From Candidatus Levyibacteriota bacterium (GTDB lineage Bacteria; Patescibacteriota; Microgenomatia; Levybacterales; UBA12049), in contig CAWBPM010000002.1 in the NCBI GenBank assembly GCA_963790825.1, forward strand, positions 359,159-423,158: a stretch of 64,000 nt of DNA, in the 5' to 3' direction. Shown piece after piece: positions 1-8,900 of the stretch. Position 1 is the first letter of the stretch. The number at the start of each line of letters is the position of its first letter. Under the pieces are notes generated by a model. That model did no database searches, was not told where the DNA came from, and saw nothing but the letters and a program-made list of their open reading frames with translations. The translations under genes were made by a program, and so were the position numbers.

Positions 1-784
1 CGTAAGCTTTAAGAGAAGCTATTTGGCTACCGATATATGTAGTTCCAAGCAAAAATCCGATTTCGTAAGCAATAGGTTCTTGTTCAAAATATAAGATGTT
101 TATAAGAAGGTTATTTTTAAGTCTTTTTGCTAAAGATAAATAAAAATTTCTGGTCAGTTTACTTGAAAAAGCACTATATCCTCTCGTTTCCCTTCTCCCT
201 TTACCATCAATTGAAAAAACAATATCTAATATATCGCCTGAGGTTTCCCCGTTAAAAAACTTCATGGAAAGCTTTTTTTCAATATTTCGAGCCGGTTTCA
301 ACAGTTTATTCTTTTTTCTGATTAGCACGTTTCCTTTTTCATCTTTATTAAAATACATGAAGTAATTGATGCTGTTTTGAGTGTATTCGATTTCCGATGT
401 ATATTTTTTTAGTTCCGTTAGATATTGTTCCGAAATATTATCGAGAACAATCGTTCCGGTTTGTAGTAATTGATTCAGTAATTCTTCCATTATCTTTTTA
501 TTTTGATAATCGATTAGAAAAGGAATCCCCAAGACAAAGTCTCCGGGAGGCAGTGTATAAACAGCAACACCAACTTTTTTCTCTTTAATCAGACTAGCAA
601 TACCTAATAATGTATCTTCCTCATAGATTGCCAAAATAATAAAATTCGCATAATGAAACGTTTCTAAAACCGAAATAAACCATTGTGGACCATTCGCATA
701 ATTGGCAAACTTCGAACGTTTCCAAAGATCTAACCAATCGTTCAAAAGATTATTTTCTAAGTTTGTGTAGCGTATTATTTTCAT
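1..784 (-). CDS. FemAB/CelD-like (GNAT-fold, BioF2-like) acyltransferase; gene runs off the window, N-terminus at 784
   Basis: I translated the minus strand by hand: ATG at 784..782 gives MKIIRYTNLENNLLNDWLDLWKRSKFANYANGPQWFISVLE... and stays open to position 1. It shares a 4-nt ATGA overlap with the upstream PIG-L stop, which suggests translational coupling. The W-rich N-terminus resembles FemAB/CelD-type acyltransferases. It is absent from the ORF track because it is truncated by the window edge. Confidence 0.4.
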   Translation of the reverse strand, partial: MKIIRYTNLENNLLNDWLDLWKRSKFANYANGPQWFISVLETFHYANFIILAIYEEDTLLGIASLIKEKKVGVAVYTLPPGDFVLGIPFLIDYQNKKIMEELLNQLLQTGTIVLDNISEQYLTELKKYTSEIEYTQNSINYFMYFNKDEKGNVLIRKKNKLLKPARNIEKKLSMKFFNGETSGDILDIVFSIDGKGRRETRGYSAFSSKLTRNFYLSLAKRLKNNLLINILYFEQEPIAYEIGFLLGTTYIGSQIASLKAY

Positions 785-1554
785 ATATTTTCTCCTTTCG
801 CAATAGAATATATTTCGTTATGCTTAGGAATCCTACCGTTTGGAAATAAACCGGCAAACTGTGTTTTATATAACTTTATTAATCTGGACTTTTTGAATAA
901 ATTTGGCATCAGTGTATATATCTGCTGATTTTCTTTTGTTTTTTGCGAAGAGACTTTTTCTCGGATGTTGTAAGGAAAATCGGAATATAAAATCAGATCA
1001 TCAAATAACTCCTCACTTACTCTTCGTATTATTTGATGATCGGCATGGTTTCCTATACCTGAAGGAGCAAAGAATAAAACATCTTTTTTACTATATTTCT
1101 TCAGTATTTTTTTCAGTATTTTAGGAGCGTAATCCGTAGAAGAGATTGCCTTTAGGATATGCCAACGATATGTCGGATAAATATGAATAACTTCTGGAAT
1201 GAGTTTACCGAGAAGACTAGATTGTTTTTTTCTTCTGAATAACGCGTCTTCTAAACCTAAATTAATAATTTTAACTCTTAGCTGAGATAATGCGTTCTTG
1301 TCTTCCGTACATCTTGTATCGTACAGTAAGATGGCATCGCTCTGATTACCCGAATTTTTTAAAAACTTACGGGCAGACAAAGTGTATGGTTTTTTGTGTG
1401 CTTTTGTAAAGACATTTATTATTGTTATATCAGTTTTACCTGATAACTCAGATAACAAACCGCCGCAAGAAAGTATCGCATCATCAAAATGTGGTGAAAT
1501 AAAAACACAGGTTATTTTTTTATTTTTTATTTTATCTGCTAAATTTCTATCCAT
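781..1554 (-). CDS. PIG-L/LmbE family N-acetylglucosaminyl deacetylase
   Basis: The FISPHFDDAILSCGG motif matches the PIG-L zinc-binding signature. The likely start is the ATG at 1554, directly after the upstream stop at 1559-1561. The ORF track extends it to 1623. Confidence 0.8.
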   Translation of the reverse strand: MDRNLADKIKNKKITCVFISPHFDDAILSCGGLLSELSGKTDITIINVFTKAHKKPYTLSARKFLKNSGNQSDAILLYDTRCTEDKNALSQLRVKIINLGLEDALFRRKKQSSLLGKLIPEVIHIYPTYRWHILKAISSTDYAPKILKKILKKYSKKDVLFFAPSGIGNHADHQIIRRVSEELFDDLILYSDFPYNIREKVSSQKTKENQQIYTLMPNLFKKSRLIKLYKTQFAGLFPNGRIPKHNEIYSIAKGENI

Positions 1555-1558
1555 ATTG

Positions 1559-2659
1559 TTATAGATTGGTGATATATTTTTCATACTGCTTTGCAATGCT
1601 ATCCCAAGTAAATTTCCTGGCATATTCTTTCCCGGCTTTTTTCATATCAGTTGCCCTTTTCCGATTTGATATTATTTGTAAAATGGCTTTTGCCAGAGCA
1701 TTTGTGTCATATGGACGAACCTTTTTTGCTGCTTTCATTGGAATCCAAGATAAACCTTCGGTGTTAAAGCACGCAACAGGAATACCATAAGCCATCGCTT
1801 CAAGTGCGGTAAGGGAAAAAGTTTCAAATCGTGAGCTGATAACCACACATGCAGCCCGACGTAGAAGCTCTGCTTTTTTTCTTCCTGACACTTTACCTAC
1901 TAATTTTATTGACTTGGTCATATCAAAATCTTTAAGAAGTTGTTTTAGCTTTTGCATCTCTTTAGCATTTCCGTCACCGGCAATAATTAACTGAAAATCA
2001 TCATTATTGGTATCACGAAACTTATGAAACGCCGAAACAAGTAAATCAATACCTTTTTGATCAATCTCTATCCTTCCTAAAAATAAAAGATATTTTCCGT
2101 TTTTATAATTTTTTTTTGATACTCTATCAATGCCATTACTTATAATAGATACTGAACATTTAGGATTAATCGTTAGTATTTTATTTTTCAAAACCTTACT
2201 TGTTACAATAATTTTTTGATACTTTTTAATTCCTCTATTTTCAATCAGATGAAATGGAAAGTAATATTTTCTTTCCATGTCCTCTGCCGCGAGCATATGA
2301 ACGATACCAATAACCGTTTTTTTCGTAAAAAGCGGCAGGAATGCCGTAGTGAATGGTGGACAAAAACTTTCGAGCAATATATCATAGGACTTTGTCATGG
2401 TTATAAAGGGTAACAAAAGTTGGTAAATAAACATTGCTGGCTTCGGAGATAAATATTCCAATCCAAACCGTTGATATTGTACGCCATCGATTTTTTCATT
2501 ATTTTTACCGTTGTAATTCCAACTGATAACAGAAACGTTATACTTACTCCGTAATCTTTTTGCCAGTTCATGAACCGCAACAGCACCCCCTCCACCATAA
2601 TGGGGATTTTTTATATCATCATAGGTAGTAATAATCAGTGATAATTTCTTATTTTGCAT
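1559..2659 (-). CDS. GT4 (group 1) glycosyltransferase
   Basis: N-terminal GGGGAVAVHELAKRL and a C-terminal E-x7-E-like region (FETFSLTALEAMAYGIPV) are typical of GT-B GT4 enzymes. Confidence 0.8.
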   Translation of the reverse strand: MQNKKLSLIITTYDDIKNPHYGGGGAVAVHELAKRLRSKYNVSVISWNYNGKNNEKIDGVQYQRFGLEYLSPKPAMFIYQLLLPFITMTKSYDILLESFCPPFTTAFLPLFTKKTVIGIVHMLAAEDMERKYYFPFHLIENRGIKKYQKIIVTSKVLKNKILTINPKCSVSIISNGIDRVSKKNYKNGKYLLFLGRIEIDQKGIDLLVSAFHKFRDTNNDDFQLIIAGDGNAKEMQKLKQLLKDFDMTKSIKLVGKVSGRKKAELLRRAACVVISSRFETFSLTALEAMAYGIPVACFNTEGLSWIPMKAAKKVRPYDTNALAKAILQIISNRKRATDMKKAGKEYARKFTWDSIAKQYEKYITNL

Positions 2660-3575
2660 ATTTTATTGGTTTTTTACTTGATACAGTAATATCCCAAATA
2701 GGAGATTTGTTGACTTTACCTGAATGGTAAAATTTAGCAATAGAAAAACCGAGAAGAATAGCCAGTGGGGTGTAAAAAGGTTCCTGCAGGAAGGCTTTTA
2801 TCATGCCAATCAGTTTAACTTTTTTAGGGAAATAATAGACCTTTTCCATTTCGACTCCGAACATTTTTTCTAGCTTTTCATCTTTTTTACCGATTGAGCG
2901 ATCTAAGAATTTTTTTAAATCAGTAATTGTCGATATTGACCAGCTTAAAGTTTCGGCCTCACGACAATAGCGAAAACCATTAACTTCTGCCGCCTTCAGA
3001 TAGATAAAAAGGTGTGGATCAGATAAAGCATACGGTATATGTACACTTCGGACAAAAGGTCCTCTATATGCAGTGGCCGATCCGTGAAAGTTAGCAGCGC
3101 TGTCGTAATCCGGCATGCTCAAGCGAACAAAATCCCAAAGAATAAAATTGGTATAAATAATTTTCCCCACAAAACCATTCGGACGTATAAGGACATTGTG
3201 AGAAGATACCATTTGGGCATGATAATCGGTTAGTAATACATGGACCATTTTTTTTAGGAAATCATTTCCGACTGGGGCAATATCAGCATCTAACACAACG
3301 AGTATATCGCTTCGACATGTTTTAAATAACTGATTCACCAGGAAATATTTTCCTTTTCGTTTTTGTTCCCGAATTAATTTAATAATTGGATGCTTACTGC
3401 TTAATAAACGCACGATTTCGTCAGTTTTATCACTGCTACAATCAGACATTACGATAATTTCTTTAATTATAAAACCAGCTTGTTTTTGCCGTAATAAAAC
3501 CTGCAAAATGTTGCCGATATTTTGATCTTCATTATATGCCGGTATACCAATTGATACTGTCATTTTTTTTCTCAT
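2649..3575 (-). CDS. GT2 glycosyltransferase
   Basis: VSIGIPAYNEDQNI ... VMSDCSSDKTDEIV ... VLDADI are the GT-A fold DxD motifs. Confidence 0.75.
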   Translation of the reverse strand: MRKKMTVSIGIPAYNEDQNIGNILQVLLRQKQAGFIIKEIIVMSDCSSDKTDEIVRLLSSKHPIIKLIREQKRKGKYFLVNQLFKTCRSDILVVLDADIAPVGNDFLKKMVHVLLTDYHAQMVSSHNVLIRPNGFVGKIIYTNFILWDFVRLSMPDYDSAANFHGSATAYRGPFVRSVHIPYALSDPHLFIYLKAAEVNGFRYCREAETLSWSISTITDLKKFLDRSIGKKDEKLEKMFGVEMEKVYYFPKKVKLIGMIKAFLQEPFYTPLAILLGFSIAKFYHSGKVNKSPIWDITVSSKKPIKYAK

Positions 3576-3577
3576 AT

Positions 3578-4507
3578 TTATATTGATTTTTTAAATAATA
3601 CGTGCGTGTACGCGAATGCTTTTGTCTTATTATTTGTCATTGTATAAAAAAGTCCACGTATTTTGCATCCGAATTTGAGAAATATCTTAATTAGCCAAAC
3701 GGTTTTTGGATAATGTTTTTTGTGAAAATAGACAAGTCCGTCAACATTTCTTTGTAGTAAAAATAAATAAGAAACATCTGTTTTCTTACTTGTTGATGCT
3801 CCGCCAAGATGAGTCGCTTGAATAGATGGTGCATAGTAAATCTTCATTTTTTTATCATATATCCGCTTACACCATTCCAAATCCTCCATATAGAGAAACA
3901 TCTTTTCATCATGTCCATGCGTTTTTTTAAATACCTCTTTTTTTAAGAAGAAAAAACAAGTAGGTATCCATTCTATCTGTTGCTCTTTTGTAAAATCTTT
4001 TTTATCCGCATAAATCCGCTTCATAAATTGGCTGAAAAAAGGCAGATTTTCAAAGCCCAGAAGCCAGCGGACTGTTTTAAACGGCGTCGGTAAATATCCT
4101 CCTATCCCTCTAAACTTTTCATTCGGACTAATAACAATGCCTGTTGCTACATCACATTTAACATGCATATTCATATAAAGTAGAGAATCAACCAGGGTTG
4201 ATGTTTTTAGTAAAGTATCGGAGTTAATAAGCAGGATATAAGGAGTTTTTGCTCGCTTCATACCCGCATTATAGCCATAAGCTACGCCCATATTTTTTCG
4301 AAGTGCAACAAGAATCACGTCCTTATATTTTTTCTTTACCATCTCCACGGTTCCGTCTGAGGAACCGTTATCAACAACAATAATCACAATACGATTTTTT
4401 ATCCTTTTTTGAGAAAAATGCATTGCGGCTTTGGCATCTCGTATACATTTATCCGTAATATCTTTGACATTAAAGGACAGAATAATAATTGTGCAATCAT
4501 TTTTCAT
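3578..4507 (-). CDS. GT2 glycosyltransferase
   Basis: CTIIILSFNVKD ... IVVDNGSSDGTVEMV ... LINSDT. I prefer the start at 4507 (MKNDC...), just after the upstream stop. The ORF track start at 4546 is the alternative. Confidence 0.75.
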   Translation of the reverse strand: MKNDCTIIILSFNVKDITDKCIRDAKAAMHFSQKRIKNRIVIIVVDNGSSDGTVEMVKKKYKDVILVALRKNMGVAYGYNAGMKRAKTPYILLINSDTLLKTSTLVDSLLYMNMHVKCDVATGIVISPNEKFRGIGGYLPTPFKTVRWLLGFENLPFFSQFMKRIYADKKDFTKEQQIEWIPTCFFFLKKEVFKKTHGHDEKMFLYMEDLEWCKRIYDKKMKIYYAPSIQATHLGGASTSKKTDVSYLFLLQRNVDGLVYFHKKHYPKTVWLIKIFLKFGCKIRGLFYTMTNNKTKAFAYTHVLFKKSI

Positions 4508-5894
4508 AGGTGTATATTTTAAAAAAATCTCCGATTGAATTTTCAATCGTTTGTACTGTTGCCTGTTGAAAATGCATAAAAATCATCACAACGAGATTGA
4601 CGATACCAACAATACTCATTGCCAAAACAATAGAATAAACCGTGGAGTGATTGAAAATAATGAGAATAATCTGCAGAATACTTAAAAGAAATCCTATGAT
4701 GGGAAAACTATATAATTTTCGCATTTGGTAAAACGAGGTAAATATTTGTGAAACGGTAAAACACATCATTGCAAATAAGAATAAACTAAGATAGGGGACA
4801 ATCGTGCGCGCTCTTTCTCCTAAAATGAATGGTGCACTAATATATCCGAAAACGCCAAAAATGAGAAAACCAATAAAACTCAGAAAGAAAGTAAAAAGTA
4901 CTAAAAGGTACAGTGTCTTCAGAGTATTTTTATTGGCTCCCAAATCCCTACTCACCAACGGTATAACAAATGGAGATGCCAGCCCACCCAAAAAATAAAC
5001 GCTTTTACCGATTAATGACACAAGCGCATACCTTCCTGCATCGACTGACGATAAATAATGTTTTGCCAGAACAATGTCCAAACTAATGAATGAAAGTGTT
5101 GATAGACCGGAAAGTAAGGATACAAGGAGAAATTTCTTGGGAAAATACACAATATCGCTGCGTGAATACTCTTTTTCTTTCTCCCAGGTTTTTCTTCTTA
5201 TGATTAAAAACCAACCCAAAATAAATGATACAAAGAATGAAATCGGAATCGTAATATACATTAATCGAGTAAGATGCAGCGTTATCAGAATAATTGCTGA
5301 TAATATTTTTATCACCGGTTCTGCGAGTACAACTAATGCAAGTTGACCAAAGAAGAATTTTGCTGACAGAAACCCTTTGTCTACTCCTGCAGCAAAACCG
5401 CTCAGAGTAATTGCAGCAAAAGAAATAAAAAATAATAAGTCTTCTGTCTGGAAAAAAGTATTTAAAAATGGTGAGGTAATAAGCCAAAGTAAGGAAATAC
5501 ACATTCCGAAATATAGAGAATATTTTCGTACATACTTCCAAAACTGATATCCCGCTTCATCGCTAAATTTTCCGATTAAGAATCCACTTCTGTAATTTAC
5601 TGTCAAACTTAATGGACCAAAAAATATGGACGAAAATGCATAAAAACTTCCCATAAGACTAATAAGTGCAAAATCATTTAAATCAAGCACTCTGCCTAAA
5701 TATGCCGAAAAGGCAAAATTTAGTACATTCGCAAACGTAGTAGCAGTAATTAGCAATGCTCCGGTAAAAAATATCCGTCTGCTTGTAATTATTGATGCTA
5801 ATTGTCTGCGAAACCGGACAGGAAACTGGAATCTTCCAATTCTCTCTTCCGCTTCAATAATAATTTCTGTATTTATATTTGATAAAGTACGCAT
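4497..5894 (-). CDS. Wzx/PST-family (MOP superfamily) polysaccharide flippase-like membrane protein
   Basis: About 12 predicted TM helices. The N-terminal motif FANVLNFAFSAYLGRVLDLNDFALISLM is paralogous to the flippase-like module of the 1577-aa protein (LGNLFNFLYSAYLGRVLSLEDFGLIGLM). Confidence 0.6.
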   Translation of the reverse strand: MRTLSNINTEIIIEAEERIGRFQFPVRFRRQLASIITSRRIFFTGALLITATTFANVLNFAFSAYLGRVLDLNDFALISLMGSFYAFSSIFFGPLSLTVNYRSGFLIGKFSDEAGYQFWKYVRKYSLYFGMCISLLWLITSPFLNTFFQTEDLLFFISFAAITLSGFAAGVDKGFLSAKFFFGQLALVVLAEPVIKILSAIILITLHLTRLMYITIPISFFVSFILGWFLIIRRKTWEKEKEYSRSDIVYFPKKFLLVSLLSGLSTLSFISLDIVLAKHYLSSVDAGRYALVSLIGKSVYFLGGLASPFVIPLVSRDLGANKNTLKTLYLLVLFTFFLSFIGFLIFGVFGYISAPFILGERARTIVPYLSLFLFAMMCFTVSQIFTSFYQMRKLYSFPIIGFLLSILQIILIIFNHSTVYSIVLAMSIVGIVNLVVMIFMHFQQATVQTIENSIGDFFKIYTYEK

Positions 5895-5944
5895 AATGAA
5901 TTTAAATAATTCCCAGAAAACATACTATGGGTTTATTAACTAGT

Positions 5945-8900
5945 TCAAAAATATCTCTCCATTCTTTTTATATTTTCTTCATTAACAGTTACGGCGCTTA
6001 AGGAAAGTTCATGCTCAATCCCGGCAAAACTCTTTTCTATCAATTCATAGAAAGATTGTGCGCTTTTCTCCCAGGTAAACTGATAAGCCCACTTAATTGC
6101 TTCCTGAGAAAAATTCTTTCTCAGATTTTCATTAGTAATAAGTTCCAATATTTTGTTTGCAAATTCATCTGCGTCCCCGTAGGGAACGAGAAAACCGGTT
6201 GAGGGATTATTAATGGAATCTCTAAGTCCCGGCACATTTGATGCAACCGTCGGTGTCCCGCACGCATTTGCTTCAATGGTTGTAATACCCCAGCCTTCCA
6301 TAAAGGAAGGATTTACAAATACCCATGCTTTCTGGAAAAGTTTAATTTTCATATCTTCTTCTACTTTTCCGGTAAATAGAATTTTATTTTTCATACCGAG
6401 ATTCTCGGCGTATTTCTCAAGTTTTCTTCTCTCTTCTCCCTCTCCGGCAATAATAAATTCTACTTCGGGGATGCTCTCGGAAATTTTCTTGGCTGCTTTT
6501 ATCAAAATATGCAGACTTTTATAAGACTGAAGTCTTCCTAAATATAAAACAGACGGGATCATACTCTTTATTCCTGGTTTATACTTCCCGAGATCAACAC
6601 CGTTATAAACAATCATTGGCTCTTTTTTTGTCAGTTTATGTCTCAGTATCTCTTCTTTGGAAGACGGAGAAACAGTCACAACCTGAACACTTTTGTAAAC
6701 CAAAGGCATAAGTTTTGCTTCCAGGAATAACGCTAACCATGAGAATGGTGGTTTTAAGCTTTTTCTAAATACTTCCTGATGCACGTGGTGAATTAAGAGA
6801 AATTTAGGCTTAAATGAATATAAAGGCGAAAAAAATGGAATACCATTTTCAGAGTCGATGATAGCATCAAATTTTCCATGCAGTCGGAAAATATAATAGA
6901 GACATGCCCAAAGATAAACGGTATAAAATCCTCCACGCCTGATAATTTGTACACCGTCAATTATTTCATTTCTTGGTCCTTTTAAACTATTTCCGCAAAA
7001 GACAGTAACAGCATTGCCGTCTTTTACCCACCGTTTGGCAAGTTCCTGAATGTAGACTTCTGCTCCCCCTGCCCATTTATGCCGTGTGTCACGCCAATTT
7101 AAAATAAGTATTCGTAATTTATCTCTTTTAGTATATGTCTTTTTATATGTTTTAAATAAGCCAAAAAAATCGACCATATTGTTTTCAAATGTCTTTACCT
7201 GCACTGCAAAAAGATGAAGAGTTAATGTAATAGTCAGATAGAAAACCCAAATAAAACTCATAACGTAAACAAACGAGAAAACTGTTTGGTGGAAAAACGA
7301 GATAAGAACAATTTGCAAGACACCAATTAATAACGCTGCTCCGGCAAAACTATAATATCTCTTCGTTAAATAGTAATCACCATAAACTCGAGAGATGGTA
7401 AAGCATAACATCGCAAGAGACATCGGAAGAAGATAGGCAGTTGCGGCAATTGCTTTCTGTCCGAAAAGATAAGGAGCTGAGTAGTGACCTAAAATACCGA
7501 AAACCAAAACAGCCGGAAACGCTAATATAATAGCGCCGAGAATCGCTACCATAAGAATTTTTTTTGAATCTCTGTTGGTTCCCTCGTCTCTGCTTATCAA
7601 AGGAATAAGAAACGGAGAGACAAAAGAACCCATAAAAAATATTGTTTTCGCTACTAATGATATGAGTGAATATAATCCTGCTTCGTTTGGACTGAGATAA
7701 TGTTTTGCTAAAATTACATCAAGATTGAGAAGAATCACTGAGGATAAAGCTGCCATTGAGGAGTTAAGAAAGTATTTCTTGGGAAAATATTTTGCTTCTG
7801 CGTGTACTGTTTCTTTCGCATTTTTTCTACTTTTTACGATCATAATCCATCCTGCCAGAAAGGCGATAGAAACAGAAAAGGGTATGGCTGTATACGCCCA
7901 AGACTTAAGTCCCAGCAATACTAGTAGGAATGCAAAACCGAGCTTGAGAATAGGCTCGAATATGGCCAGAATGCCAAGGAGCACAAAGCTTAAACGTGAA
8001 GACAAAAATCCTCTATCTGTTGCATATGCGAATATTACTAAAAGAACAGGGGAGAATAGAAGAAATGGAAATAAACTTTCTGTTTTAAAGAAATGTAAAA
8101 GAGAAGGCGACAGTCCAACCCATAAAATAGTCAGGACTATGGAAATTAGCAATAATTTTCCTCTGGTAAATTTCCAGAAATCGAATGCTGTGTTGTTATT
8201 ATATTTTCCTATGAGGTAGCCGGTTTTATAACCAACTGTTGCACCAAACGCTCTTGGTATAACCGAGGTGAGAGAAAATAATCCAGTCATGAGACCGATT
8301 AAGCCAAAATCTTCCAGACTTAATACGCGACCTAAGTAAGCACTATACAAAAAATTGAATAAGTTACCGAGACCTAAAGCTCCCATGTAGAAGACACCCG
8401 CCAGGTAATTGCCGTGAAGCCTTATTTCTGTTTTAAACCGATTTTTAATTTTTGCAAAAAAAACTTTCCGGTTATTTGAGTCAATATAGATAATTTGTTC
8501 CATAATGACATCGGGTAAACTGTGTAATGATTTAAAACGAAGCCCATGAATTGTTTTCTCCCAATAGTGCGGTTTAAAAAGTAACTGATACAAAGCCATC
8601 CCGCTCGCAATGCTGATTAAAAGCCAGTAGAACGGGATTAAGAATGTGTATTTAATAAGTCCCCATTGTTTACGTTTGGCACATCCGATCATATAGCAAT
8701 AAAAAAACATAAAATTTCCAAAAACCAGCGAAAGTACAGCGAGGTACAATACGGGGGAGGGGTATAGAGATTGGATGAAGTGACCGGCAAAAGGGTAGAG
8801 AGTAAAATAGGCAATTGTTAATAGCCAAAGCAAGGGATTTAGCAAGATAAAGGCTAATTTCCCTCCAACTGTTAGTTGAAAAAACAAGACATGTATTCCT

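Noticed and set aside
5074-5541. ORFs 5074-5346 (+) and 5083-5541 (-) within the flippase gene
   Set aside because: They lie inside a well-supported 12-TM membrane-protein ORF and are AT-rich frame artefacts. The same applies to 4804-4998, 6011-6524, 7725-8219 and 8876-9118 inside neighbouring long genes.
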